DNA of 64,000 bases from Paracoccaceae bacterium (GTDB taxonomy: Bacteria > Pseudomonadota > Alphaproteobacteria > Rhodobacterales > Rhodobacteraceae), in NCBI GenBank assembly GCA_039975755.1, contig JBDWGM010000004.1:19444-83443 (forward strand), given 5' to 3'. The translations under genes and the position numbers were made by a program. Numbering within the stretch: position 1 is the stretch's first letter; each line of letters begins with the position of its first letter. The notes beneath the pieces were generated by a model. The model was given only the letters and a program-made list of their open reading frames with translations. It was not told the origin of the DNA and did not search any database. Of the stretch, positions 19,908-29,793 are shown one piece after another.

Positions 19908-21163
19908 AACCCTTCCTCTCGCGAGATATATTTGAGGAAGAAGATCGAGAAGGTGAGCAAACAGCCAAATATCACAACGGCAACCGCGGCCCCTGCCCCA
20001 ATGTTGGAAATCGCAAAGGCCTGCTCGTAAACATTTACGGTGAGCGTCCGCGTCCCCGCATTCCCGCCGGTTAGCAGGAAAATGTCGTCGAATTTGTTGA
20101 AGGTCCAGATAAAGCGGAGCAGGAACAAAACGCTAAGGATGCCCAAAAGCTGCGGCACGCTAAGGTACCAAAACTGCTGAAAAGGCGAGGCTCCGTCCAT
20201 GTCTGCGGCCTCGTACATATCGCTATCGATGCTTTGCATACGAGCCAGAATGAATAGGAACGACAGCGGGAAATAGCGCCAGATTTCAAAGATCGTGACC
20301 ATGATCAGGGCCAGGGGTCGCTCTCCGAAAAAGTTGATGGCTTGTGGCGTCACCCCCATCTGGATCAGCAGCGCATTGGCCGATCCTGAAAATGGGTCGA
20401 ATAGGATCAACCATGCGAATGCGACGGCAATAACCGGGGCGACATATGGGAACAGATAAAGGCCGCGCAGGATGCCTTGGCCCTTAAACGATTTATTCAA
20501 CAACAAGGCCGCAAAGAGCCCCACCAACAATGCCCCGATGGTACCAAAGACAGTGTAGAACAAGGTGACCCAAAGCACCTCAAAGAACTCATCCCCGTTG
20601 AAGATGCGTTTAAAGTTATCCAACGTGAAGGTGCTGTTGGTCAGGATGTTGGATGATGTCCCCGTCGTGGCGGCGAGACTGTCTTGGGGCCGCAATCCGT
20701 TATCCAAGTAGGCCTGTTCGACAATCACTGGAATGGTCAGCGTCTCGCGTGTGCCCGGTTCCCAATCACCCAGATCACAAGTCAGGGTACGGCCGTCCAC
20801 TGTACAGCGCGGATCAAGGTCTTGCACATTCAGGCCTTCGGGAATGACGTCCGAGAATGTGACACCGGCGATAGGTTCGTCTTGTGAAGAGTTACGAAGA
20901 CGGTAACGGATGGTTGCCTCATCCCCGACTGCATCATAATCGCCACGAATATCTTCACGCAGGACGACTTCCGGCGCGCGCAAATCGCCCAGCTCTACCG
21001 GTTTGAACGAGATCCAAAAGATCGCCAGTAATGGCAAAAGCACCACCAGCGCCACAGCAGTGATCGTTGGGAACAGCAATCCCCATGCCAAACGCGCTTC
21101 GCGTACGCCAAGTGGTCCGGTACCGGTCGGAGGGCCGAGATCTGCCATCGTGCTGTCTTTCAT
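19904..21163 (-). CDS. CUT1 carbohydrate ABC permease (MalF-like) with a large periplasmic insert
   Basis: EAA loop YEAADMDGASPFQQFWYLSVP. A ~125-aa soluble insert follows TM1. There is a 4-nt overlap with the next permease gene. Confidence 0.85.
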   Translation of the reverse strand: MKDSTMADLGPPTGTGPLGVREARLAWGLLFPTITAVALVVLLPLLAIFWISFKPVELGDLRAPEVVLREDIRGDYDAVGDEATIRYRLRNSSQDEPIAGVTFSDVIPEGLNVQDLDPRCTVDGRTLTCDLGDWEPGTRETLTIPVIVEQAYLDNGLRPQDSLAATTGTSSNILTNSTFTLDNFKRIFNGDEFFEVLWVTLFYTVFGTIGALLVGLFAALLLNKSFKGQGILRGLYLFPYVAPVIAVAFAWLILFDPFSGSANALLIQMGVTPQAINFFGERPLALIMVTIFEIWRYFPLSFLFILARMQSIDSDMYEAADMDGASPFQQFWYLSVPQLLGILSVLFLLRFIWTFNKFDDIFLLTGGNAGTRTLTVNVYEQAFAISNIGAGAAVAVVIFGCLLTFSIFFLKYISREEGL

Positions 21164-21217
21164 CAGGAAAGCTGTGGGCGGTTGGGCACCCCCTGCAAGG
21201 GATGCCTATTTCAGGTG

Positions 21218-22570
21218 TTACTGTACAGCCGCGATCGCTGCATTCAGTTCAGTGACAGTCGCTGCCGCGTCACGTTCACCATCGATGAACTCACGGACCA
21301 AACGGTTGATAACCTGGCTGTTGATGATGGCAGAAGCTGCGGAAAGCTGACCTTCTTCGACACCCCAACGTTGGGCCACATCCAGACCGCCAACGATCTC
21401 TTCGATCATGGCGTTGTCATAAAGGTCACCCAACGGGGCCTTGCGATCGACACCGACGTCAAGCGTTGCCCAAAGATCAGCGTACTCGGTTGCGTTGTTG
21501 GCTGTACCACGGCGGACTGGGAACTTGCCTTCTGGTGCGATTGCCAGCGTCGAACCATAGCCGTCAGACATTGAGTACTGCACGAACTCCATCGCCGCAT
21601 CCGTAGACGCATCGGATGTAATACCAAAGTAACGGACATCACCCCATGCCGCACCATCAGGGTTCGACGGGCCGGAAAAGTTTGTCACAATACCTGTGGC
21701 CGCAGCCAGATCGCGTGTGGTTGGATCATCGTTGATGGTGGGCGGAGCGCTGTCGCGCAGACCTGCCAATTCGTCGAGGATGAAGGGCGACCAGATGATC
21801 ATCGCCGCATTACCGCTAAAATACAGTGTGCGCGATTGATCCCAGAACAGATCACCCGGAGGCGAGGCTTCGGCGATAGCCTTGTAGAACTCAAGCACTT
21901 CGATGGTGGCAGCTTGGTCAAGGTCCTGAACACCGGCCGGGCCTACGGGCGACACTCCATTGGCAAGGAAAACATGCTCTAACACTTGGCTCATGAAGTT
22001 TTCGTCGATCTTGGTCGCTGCGACAAAGCCATACATCTCAGGCGGGTTGTGCAGCGCTTCAACCGCGGCCAGCACGTTTGCGTATGAATTCGGCGGCTCT
22101 AGGCCCTTCTCTTTGAACAGATCAGCGCGGTAGACCAACATCTGCGTCCAACCATCGACCGGTACAGAAGCAAAGCCGCCGTCAACCGAGGCCATGTTCA
22201 ACGCACCCGGTGCGAATGTATCAGCGCCCAGTGCCTCAACCACATCAGATGCCGCGTCTGTGTCCAAAATGCCAGCTTCTGCCCATGGGGCCGCATATTG
22301 CAGCGTGTGATAGATCACGTCTGGCAGATCGCCAGCAGCAAATGCAGCGGTCGCGCGTGTACCAAGATCGTTCTCAGAGACTGGGATCACCTCAACATTG
22401 TGACCGGTGGCCGCAGCAAAATCCGCAGCCATCGCTTCTTGCCGGGCCAAACGTTCTGGTTGCTCTTCTGTTGTCCAAAAACGCAGATCTTCTGCGGCAA
22501 GGGCTGTTGCCGATAAGGCAATCGCCATGGCTACGCCCGAGCGTAGAATTGTTTTTCCTGTGATAGTCAT
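21218..22570 (-). CDS. Extracellular solute-binding protein (family 1) for the CUT1 importer
   Basis: Signal peptide ...AMAIALSATALAA. 450 aa. First transporter gene after lacI. Confidence 0.85.
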   Translation of the reverse strand: MTITGKTILRSGVAMAIALSATALAAEDLRFWTTEEQPERLARQEAMAADFAAATGHNVEVIPVSENDLGTRATAAFAAGDLPDVIYHTLQYAAPWAEAGILDTDAASDVVEALGADTFAPGALNMASVDGGFASVPVDGWTQMLVYRADLFKEKGLEPPNSYANVLAAVEALHNPPEMYGFVAATKIDENFMSQVLEHVFLANGVSPVGPAGVQDLDQAATIEVLEFYKAIAEASPPGDLFWDQSRTLYFSGNAAMIIWSPFILDELAGLRDSAPPTINDDPTTRDLAAATGIVTNFSGPSNPDGAAWGDVRYFGITSDASTDAAMEFVQYSMSDGYGSTLAIAPEGKFPVRRGTANNATEYADLWATLDVGVDRKAPLGDLYDNAMIEEIVGGLDVAQRWGVEEGQLSAASAIINSQVINRLVREFIDGERDAAATVTELNAAIAAVQ

Positions 22571-22608
22571 CGTCTATCCTCCCTGAAAGACTGGTGGTTG
22601 TTTGGTTG

Positions 22609-23673
22609 TTATGGATGTGGGCAAGCCCCGGTTGATCCGCGATTTACGAAAACCGCCGGGACGGTTTTGCGTAGGGTGTCGAGGGCCTCGCCTCGAATGC
22701 GTTTGACTAACAGCGTCGCAAGCTCAACGCCTGCATTGCGGCTATCAACGACAAATGTGGTCAATGGCGGCTGCGCGTGGGCACCTTCGCGAATGCCATC
22801 ATACCCCACGACAGAAATATCGCGCCCTATGATCAGTTCACGCGCTGCAGCCGCACGGTAAACCCCCAAGGCAACGTGATCCACTGCACAGACAATCGCC
22901 GTCGGTGGTTGCGCAAGATCAAGAAGCGCACCTGCGGCTTGTTCGCCGTTCTCCAATGTGACCGCATTCTCAGAAATAAGCTTGGGATCAATGGGCAGAT
23001 TGGCGTCAGCCATACCAGCATGAAACCCCTCGCTCCGCAATTTGGCGTAGGAATAGATCGTACCGCCATTGATAAATGCAATTCTCTTGTGACCTAGTCT
23101 GGCCAAATGCTGTACTGAATCTCGCATGGCGTCCTCACCTCGGATATCGAACCAGCAACATCCATCGGGATCAGTCTGACGGCCATAAAGGACAAAGGGC
23201 ACGCCTGCGTCGCGCAGCACTTTGACCCTTGGGTCTTCAATCATCGCACGCGGCAAAACAAAACCATCCGCCTTGCGGTCCCGCGAGAGCGTGCGGAATG
23301 TTTCAATCAGATGCGTATCGTTATCCGCTGATGCAACGGTCAGTGTATAACCCTGCGCGGTTGATCCTTCTGACAGGCCAGCCAGAAATTCCGCCAAGAA
23401 CGGACGTTGGGCATCGTGGTCCCCAAGCTGCAACACAAAGCCAAGAGACCGCGTGCGGCCCGTTTTTATGGCCTGGGCTTGACTGAGCGGTTGATAGTTC
23501 ATCCGTTCAGCCATCCGCACTACTCTTAACCGAGTGGCTTCGGAGATATCAGCATAGTTGTTGAGCGCGCGGGATACAGTTGACTTGGTCAGATCAAGGG
23601 CAGTCGCAACATCACTTATCGTAACGCGTGAGCGATTTGGTCCTCCCGGTGAAGTCGACGCATTTCGTGTCAT
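22609..23673 (-). CDS. LacI family transcriptional regulator
   Basis: N-terminal HTH (VTISDVATALDLTKSTVSRALNN) plus a periplasmic-binding-fold effector domain. Confidence 0.9.
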   Translation of the reverse strand: MTRNASTSPGGPNRSRVTISDVATALDLTKSTVSRALNNYADISEATRLRVVRMAERMNYQPLSQAQAIKTGRTRSLGFVLQLGDHDAQRPFLAEFLAGLSEGSTAQGYTLTVASADNDTHLIETFRTLSRDRKADGFVLPRAMIEDPRVKVLRDAGVPFVLYGRQTDPDGCCWFDIRGEDAMRDSVQHLARLGHKRIAFINGGTIYSYAKLRSEGFHAGMADANLPIDPKLISENAVTLENGEQAAGALLDLAQPPTAIVCAVDHVALGVYRAAAARELIIGRDISVVGYDGIREGAHAQPPLTTFVVDSRNAGVELATLLVKRIRGEALDTLRKTVPAVFVNRGSTGACPHP

Positions 23674-23703
23674 TCTCTCTCCCCTTGCGACTCACATTGA
23701 ATT

Positions 23704-23719
23704 CCGAAACCGGTTTCGG
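23704..23719. promoter_or_regulatory. Candidate LacI-type operator (perfect 16-bp palindrome)
   Basis: CCGAAACCGGTTTCGG is its own reverse complement. It is centred on CG as in LacI-family operators and lies 31-46 nt upstream of the lacI-family start. Confidence 0.55.
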
Positions 23720-23955
23720 CAATAGCATCTTTACAGGTCTTTTTCGGACCCCAGATACCTAAATCTTCGCAGTGATATTCGTCAGACATCTCTAATGATC
23801 GTCAATGCAACAGCCTTGTTCCAAGGCGCGCCATGCAAAAGGTGCATATCGCCTTTGACCCTGATGAGCTTGTTCAAATGTTATGTTTTTGATACTGAAA
23901 ATTCAGATCAGGGAGGTCCTGATCTCGAAAATAGTCGTAGCGGAGGTCGCACGAG

Positions 23956-25062
23956 ATGAGCAAGATGCACACATTGGCTGTATTTATCGGCCGTTTCCAA
24001 CCCTTCCACGTCGGACATATGGATGTTGTCAACAGCGCTTTGGCGCAGGCTGACAGCTTGTTGATTTTGGTGGGCAGTTCTTATCGTCCCCGCAGTTGGA
24101 AAAACCCATTCACCTACAACGAACGCACTGCTTTCATTCGTGGTGCGACACAAGACGTGGCGAAGCCAATCGCGACTTTGCCGCTCGTGGATACATTGTA
24201 CAATGACCGCGCGTGGACAACCAATGTGCGTACAGCAGTGACGCTACACATGCGAAAAGCCGAATTGGATCCAAACCAAACTGATATCCTGTTGGTCGGT
24301 TTGGAAAAGGACAAGTCGTCCCAGTATCTGAATTGGTTCCCGTCTTGGGCGTTAAAGTCTGTGCCACCATCACTGCACGACAGCGATGTGATCAGCGCCA
24401 CAGATTTTCGCGAAGGCCTGTTCTTTGGGACTGAAGATGGAGTTGCGGGTTTGGCAAATCGGTTTGGTCAAGATCAAGTCGCCCAAGTGCAAAACTGGAT
24501 GGCAGGAATGCCTGACGCCGTTGATACCATCCGTAATGAGGGCGCGTTTGTGCGCGATTATCAAGACAGGATTGATGCGGCGGAAAAGGTCTATGGTTAC
24601 CCGATCCCGATTAACACGGCTGATGCGATTGTCGTACAGTCCGGTCATATCTTGATGGTTGAACGCAAAATGGAACCTGGCAAAGGTCTGTGGGCACTAC
24701 CTGGTGGTCACATCGATCCAGACGAGACGGCAGAAGAAGCTTGTGTACGCGAACTTTACGAAGAAGCTGGCCTTGATATGCCCAAAGGTGCGATGCGCGG
24801 GCGACTGCGAGCGCGGCGCGTGTTTGATCACCCTGAACGGTCTGAACGGGGTTGGGTCCGCACCGAAGCCTTCGTGTTCGAATTGCAGGACAGAAAGACG
24901 CTAGAGAAATTAAAAGCTGGTGATGACGCCGCCAACGCACGGTGGGTGCCCATCACTGAGATCACGCCAGATACGATTTTCGAGGATCACTTTGATATCA
25001 TCCAAGCCCTCGTCCCTGATGTGCCCTTTGCCTATTCGTCCATTTTGATGGCGCAAAGCTAA
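23956..25062 (+). CDS. nadM: Bifunctional NMN adenylyltransferase / Nudix hydrolase (NadM-Nudix)
   Basis: N-terminal FIGRFQPFHVGH nucleotidyltransferase motif. The C-terminal Nudix box is GGHIDPDETAEEACVRELYEEAGL. Confidence 0.85.
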   Translation: MSKMHTLAVFIGRFQPFHVGHMDVVNSALAQADSLLILVGSSYRPRSWKNPFTYNERTAFIRGATQDVAKPIATLPLVDTLYNDRAWTTNVRTAVTLHMRKAELDPNQTDILLVGLEKDKSSQYLNWFPSWALKSVPPSLHDSDVISATDFREGLFFGTEDGVAGLANRFGQDQVAQVQNWMAGMPDAVDTIRNEGAFVRDYQDRIDAAEKVYGYPIPINTADAIVVQSGHILMVERKMEPGKGLWALPGGHIDPDETAEEACVRELYEEAGLDMPKGAMRGRLRARRVFDHPERSERGWVRTEAFVFELQDRKTLEKLKAGDDAANARWVPITEITPDTIFEDHFDIIQALVPDVPFAYSSILMAQS

Positions 25063-25157
25063 GGCCCATTGCCCGCAAAGAGCATATCTTTGCACACCCA
25101 AATCTGCGGGAGGTCCGCAGGTTTCATATCCGTCCAAATCCGAGGAGGAACAGGACA

Positions 25158-26594
25158 ATGACTTATGACCCAATGGGCGCAAAAGCGCTTTTCTCCAATG
25201 CGGTTGCGGTAGATAATATTCTCTACGACACCGACAGTTACAAACTTTCCCACTTCAGCCAATATCCCGAAGGCACCCAATATGTGTCTTCCTATGTAGA
25301 ACCGCGCCGCGCGTGGGGGCAGATTGATCAGGTCATATTCTTTGGCCTGCAGATAGAGCTGGCGAAATTGGCGGGTAAAGTCGTGACCCAAGCCATGCTG
25401 GATGAAGCAACTCCATTTCTGAAAGCGCACGGTTTCGACATCTTCGTGGACGGTTGGCAGTATATCATCGATACATACAAAGGGCGTCTGCCGATCAAGA
25501 TCGAGGCCTTGCCCGAAGGCACCCTTGCACCTGTTTCAATCCCGCAGTTGCGGATCGAAAATACTGATCCCAATTGCTTCTGGTTGGTGTCCTATCTGGA
25601 AACACGTCTGTTACGGGCCATCTGGTACCCAAGCAGTGTCGCCAGCCTGTCTTACTTTGTGATGGGAAACATCCGTGAACGGCTTATTCAGACCGACGGT
25701 GACGCCGCTGGTGCAGAATTCAAACTGCACGATTTCGGGGCCCGTGGCGCCACCTGTTTTGAGGCTGCAGGCATCGGGGGGGCTGCACACCTCGTCAGCT
25801 CCTTGGGCACAGATACAATTGCGGGCTTGGTCTATGCGCGCAACTTCTATGGTGCCGATATGGCTGGGTTCTCTATTTCGGCCAGCGAACACTCCACCAT
25901 GACTGCGGCGGGCGAAGACGGTGAGCTCAACCAGATGCGCAGGTTCTTACAGCAAAACCCTGCGGGTATCATTGCTTGTGTCAGCGACAGCTATGATTTG
26001 ATGCGGGCCGTCAAAGACTACTGGGGTGGCGCGTTGAAAGACGACGTTTTGGCCCGTGACGGCGTGTTGGTCGTGCGGCCCGACAGTGGCGATCCGTTAG
26101 AAATCGTCCCTGACGTGATCGAAGCCTTGATGGCCAAGTTCGGATACAGTCTGTCCAAACAAGGTTACCGGATATTGCCCGAAAAGGTCCGCGTGATCCA
26201 AGGGGATGGAGTGAACAAAGACTCTATCCTGCAGATCATGGATGTGATGATCGAACGGGGCTTGGCCATCGGGAACATCGCGTTCGGCATGGGCGGCGGC
26301 CTATTGCAAAAGGTCGATCGAGATAGCTTCGGCTACGCGATGAAGGCGTCTGCTGTGTACTACGGTGGTAAATGGCACGATGTGTTCAAAGACCCGATCA
26401 CTGCAAAGGGCAGCAAAACATCCAAGAAAGGTAAACAGGGTGTGATGCGCACAGAGTCCGGCGCATTCGTTGCCAGGCCGGCGGCGAACATACCCAAAGG
26501 AGGCGATGCACTGGAGTGTGTGTTCCTGAACGGTGAAATCAAACAGGTGCAAACCTTTGATCAAATCCGCGCACGTGCTTGGCCTGACGTCTGA
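25158..26594 (+). CDS. nadV: Nicotinamide phosphoribosyltransferase (NAMPT)
   Basis: 478 aa. LYDTDSYKLSH, HDFGARG and VRPDSGDP blocks are characteristic of NadV/NAMPT. Confidence 0.9.
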   Translation: MTYDPMGAKALFSNAVAVDNILYDTDSYKLSHFSQYPEGTQYVSSYVEPRRAWGQIDQVIFFGLQIELAKLAGKVVTQAMLDEATPFLKAHGFDIFVDGWQYIIDTYKGRLPIKIEALPEGTLAPVSIPQLRIENTDPNCFWLVSYLETRLLRAIWYPSSVASLSYFVMGNIRERLIQTDGDAAGAEFKLHDFGARGATCFEAAGIGGAAHLVSSLGTDTIAGLVYARNFYGADMAGFSISASEHSTMTAAGEDGELNQMRRFLQQNPAGIIACVSDSYDLMRAVKDYWGGALKDDVLARDGVLVVRPDSGDPLEIVPDVIEALMAKFGYSLSKQGYRILPEKVRVIQGDGVNKDSILQIMDVMIERGLAIGNIAFGMGGGLLQKVDRDSFGYAMKASAVYYGGKWHDVFKDPITAKGSKTSKKGKQGVMRTESGAFVARPAANIPKGGDALECVFLNGEIKQVQTFDQIRARAWPDV

Positions 26595-26622
26595 AAATAG
26601 AGTGCAGCCCTAACACCTGTAG

Positions 26623-26648
26623 CGGCCCCTTCAGGGGCCGTTATCCAT
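26623..26648 (+). terminator. Possible terminator after nadV
   Basis: 7-bp GC stem CGGCCCC/GGGGCCG with a TTCA loop, followed by TTATCCAT (only weakly U-rich). Confidence 0.4.
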
Positions 26649-26769
26649 GTCGGCCTTACCTTGTTGGGGATGTCCCAAAGCTGTCGGAAACATCGGCACG
26701 GCTTTGAGATTAAAATTTCGCGAAGCTCTTTTGCGTTGCAATTGGATCACTGAAGAAGGAGGCGTCGGT

Positions 26770-27417
26770 TTAACGCGGCTTAGCTTTCTCTAAATAGGCG
26801 TCCATTGCGGGTCGGTATGCTATCAGTTCTTCGCTGACGACGTTAAATGATTGAAGTCGTTTGTCATAATCAACCACTATATCCGGCCATCTGATTGGTA
26901 AATCAAGTGCGGCCTCAAATGCCTTGATCCACGCAAATGTCACTGCAAATCCGCAATCACATAACCATAATGTGCCAGTATCAAGTGGGTTTTGTGATAA
27001 TAACAAACCAAGCGATGAGAGCTGTTTGGAAATCAGCGCACCGCCGTTTTTCACTGCGTCTGGGTCGCGCGTTTCATAATCCACATGGGGATAGATTGCG
27101 CGCACGGCAGGTTCTAGGCGCGTGTCGTGGGATCGGCTAAATTCACGTGCTTTGGCACGCAGTTTTGGAGTGTCGGGTAACATTGGAACGTCTGGAAAGG
27201 CCTCTTCCAGGTATTCAGCAATTGCTTCGGAATCTGACAACATCAAATCGTCGTGGATCATAGCCGGCAGGTTCCCCGATGGCACGATCGCACGGTATGC
27301 ATCAGATCCGTACCCACCGGGTGGTGGAAGCTGTTCGAATGGGATGGATTTGTGTGCCAGCATGATCCGCAGTTTGGCACAGTACACAGCGACTGGGACG
27401 GAATAGATTGTTAGCAT
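26770..27417 (-). CDS. Glutathione S-transferase family protein
   Basis: Thioredoxin-like N-domain (LTIYSVPVAVYCAKLRIMLAHKSIPFE, NLPAMIHDDLMLSDSEAIAEYL) plus a helical C-domain. Start trimmed to 27417. Confidence 0.8.
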   Translation of the reverse strand: MLTIYSVPVAVYCAKLRIMLAHKSIPFEQLPPPGGYGSDAYRAIVPSGNLPAMIHDDLMLSDSEAIAEYLEEAFPDVPMLPDTPKLRAKAREFSRSHDTRLEPAVRAIYPHVDYETRDPDAVKNGGALISKQLSSLGLLLSQNPLDTGTLWLCDCGFAVTFAWIKAFEAALDLPIRWPDIVVDYDKRLQSFNVVSEELIAYRPAMDAYLEKAKPR

Positions 27418-27588
27418 CTCGGGCCTCTTGGTGTTCAGAGGAAAAGGCCAGCCACCTAGGTTGGTGTCAAGGGCGGTGTACGCGGTCCAGCTTTTGATTG
27501 GGCACACCACGATGGAAAGCACAGTCCGATGTCTAGGTGCCGAACTGCAAGACGCATTGGCGGAATCAAACGCTAATGAAAATGTTGC

Positions 27589-27611
27589 AGGCGGCCCATG
27601 ACCGGCCGCCT
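27589..27611. terminator. GC-rich hairpin, probably a bidirectional terminator after the EF-G paralog
   Basis: AGGCGGCC / GGCCGCCT 8-bp stem starting 8 nt past the stop at 27619. U-containing tails occur on both strands (TATTTGTTT on plus, ACATTTTCATT on minus). Confidence 0.5.
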
Positions 27612-27618
27612 TATTTGT

Positions 27619-29664
27619 TTAAGCACTCGCGCGCAGGTCCGTTGCGATCACTTTCGGGACCTCTGCATAGTGATCAAGCACCATGGAAAAGGTGGCCCGA
27701 CCGCGTGACAGCGAGCGCAATGCGCTGACATAGCCGAACATCGTTGCCAGCGGCACATGGGCCACGATGTTGTGTCCGGCTTTCCCCGCCTCCGACTGCA
27801 CCACGGTGCCACGCCGTGTATTCAGATCGCCGATCACAGCACCGACAAAGTCGTCTGGCGTCGCGATGTCGACTTTCATGCGCGGTTCCAGAAGAACCAC
27901 CCCACCTTCGGCAAAGCCTTCAACCGTGGCTTCCCGAGCGACCCGTTCGAACGCAGTCGCCGAACTGTCGTTAGGGTGGAATGCCCCATCAACAAGCGTG
28001 ACGCGTGCGCCCGACATAGGCCACCCAAGTCCTGAGCCGCTGGCAAATGCCGTCCGCACCCCAGCTTCGACAGCTGGGATGTATTCGGACGGCACAGCGC
28101 CGCCGGTGATGTTGTCGATAAAGACAAGGTCTTCGTCGGGTTCAACCACCAGCTTGACTCGCGCAAACTGCCCAGGCCCACCGGTTTGCTTACGCAAAGT
28201 GCGGTCGACCACGGCTTTGCCGATCAACGCCTCTCGATAGGCCACGCGCGGCTGACCAAGATTGGCTGAGATGCCATAGGTGCCTGCGATTTCCTCCAGA
28301 GTGATCTGAAGGTGCAATTCACCCATGCCTGCAACCAGCGTCTGTCCCGTTTCGGGATCAGTGCCGACACGCAAAGACGGATCTTCGCGCGCCATTGTTG
28401 CCAGCACCTGACCCAGCTTGGATTGCGCCAGAGCATCAGACGCCTCGACCACAGCCTCGATCACCGGCTCTGGACAGACCAACCCATCCAGAACCAAAGG
28501 CATCTTCGGATCGCTCAGGCTGTCGCCCGCACGCACCGATTTCAAGCCCATGACCGCAATCACATCGCCTGCTTCAGCCACGTCCAAATCAACGTGATCG
28601 TCGGCATGCATCTTAAGGATGCGGCCAACGCGTTCACGATCTCCGGTCGTGGCGTTCAGCACAGCCATACCTTTTTCCAGCCGTCCTGCATAAAGCCGGA
28701 CAGTCGACAGCGCACCATACTTAGTGACACGGCTCTTGGCGACAAGCGCCAGTAACGGTGCCTTTGCGTCAACGTCACGAGTCTGCGTCTCACCATCAGG
28801 TGCCACGCCTTGCGCAGCTGGCCGGTCCAAAGGTGACGGACAGTAGGCCGCAATCGCGTCCATCAAAGGTTGCACCCCGATGTTGCGATACGCCGAGCCT
28901 GCCAGAACCGGCACTCCAGCACCCTTGATACAGGCCGTCCGCACAAGTCCGCGCAGCGTTTCGGCATCAATGTGTTCACCGCCAAGGTATCGAACCAGAG
29001 CCCGATCATCATGTTCGGCAACCATTTCGACCAAAACCAAGCGGGCCCGTTCAGCATGTTCAAACAGTGCGTCTGGCACATCAGTCACCTCTGGTTTCGT
29101 TGCATCCGAGGTCCACAAGAGCGCGCGCATGGCGATCAAGTCGATCACGCCAAAGAACGCGTTATCAGACCCCATTGGCATCTGAACAACCAAAGGTTCT
29201 GCCCCAAGCTGGTCCCGGATTTGCACAACGCAACCGTCAAAGTCCGCACCAAGGCTGTCCATCTTGTTGATGAACGCAATCCGCGGCGTGCCATAACGAT
29301 CCGCCTGCCGCCAGACGGTTTCGGACTGTGGCTCTACGCCAGACACTGCTGAAAAGACCGCGACAGCGCCGTCGAGCACGCGCAAGGACCGTTCGACTTC
29401 AATCGTGAAATCGACGTGCCCAGGCGTGTCGATGACGGTGACGTCGCAACCGTCCCATTCAAATGCAGTGGCCGCAGCCGAGATCGTAATGCCGTGCGCC
29501 TGTTCAACCGCGCGACTGTCCATTTCGGTGTTACCCGTGTGGACATCGCCGACCTTATGGATCCGCCCTGCATTGAACAAAATGCGTTCCGTCAATGTGG
29601 TCTTGCCAGCGTCAACATGTGCCATGATGCCAATGTTGCGGATGTTATTAATGTGCCGGGCCAT
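27619..29664 (-). CDS. Elongation factor G paralog (EF-G-like translational GTPase), not in a str operon
   Basis: G1 AHVDAGKTT, DTPGH and NKMD motifs, five-domain length (681 aa) and a domain IV loop GAFHPNDSS. The ATG at 29664 is preceded by AAGGAGGG. The core deviates from canonical EF-G (MDSRAVEQAHGITI versus MDWMEQEQERGITI). Confidence 0.85.
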   Translation of the reverse strand: MARHINNIRNIGIMAHVDAGKTTLTERILFNAGRIHKVGDVHTGNTEMDSRAVEQAHGITISAAATAFEWDGCDVTVIDTPGHVDFTIEVERSLRVLDGAVAVFSAVSGVEPQSETVWRQADRYGTPRIAFINKMDSLGADFDGCVVQIRDQLGAEPLVVQMPMGSDNAFFGVIDLIAMRALLWTSDATKPEVTDVPDALFEHAERARLVLVEMVAEHDDRALVRYLGGEHIDAETLRGLVRTACIKGAGVPVLAGSAYRNIGVQPLMDAIAAYCPSPLDRPAAQGVAPDGETQTRDVDAKAPLLALVAKSRVTKYGALSTVRLYAGRLEKGMAVLNATTGDRERVGRILKMHADDHVDLDVAEAGDVIAVMGLKSVRAGDSLSDPKMPLVLDGLVCPEPVIEAVVEASDALAQSKLGQVLATMAREDPSLRVGTDPETGQTLVAGMGELHLQITLEEIAGTYGISANLGQPRVAYREALIGKAVVDRTLRKQTGGPGQFARVKLVVEPDEDLVFIDNITGGAVPSEYIPAVEAGVRTAFASGSGLGWPMSGARVTLVDGAFHPNDSSATAFERVAREATVEGFAEGGVVLLEPRMKVDIATPDDFVGAVIGDLNTRRGTVVQSEAGKAGHNIVAHVPLATMFGYVSALRSLSRGRATFSMVLDHYAEVPKVIATDLRASA

Positions 29665-29793
29665 AACTGACCCTCCTTTCCAAGGCACGCATGACGGCTG
29701 CAAATCAGGACAGCGCGCACATACGGCCCGAGGCACCTTCTCTAGTGGTGCGATTTCATATGGTGTTGAGGAAGAGGGAAAGGCCCTCGTGAT

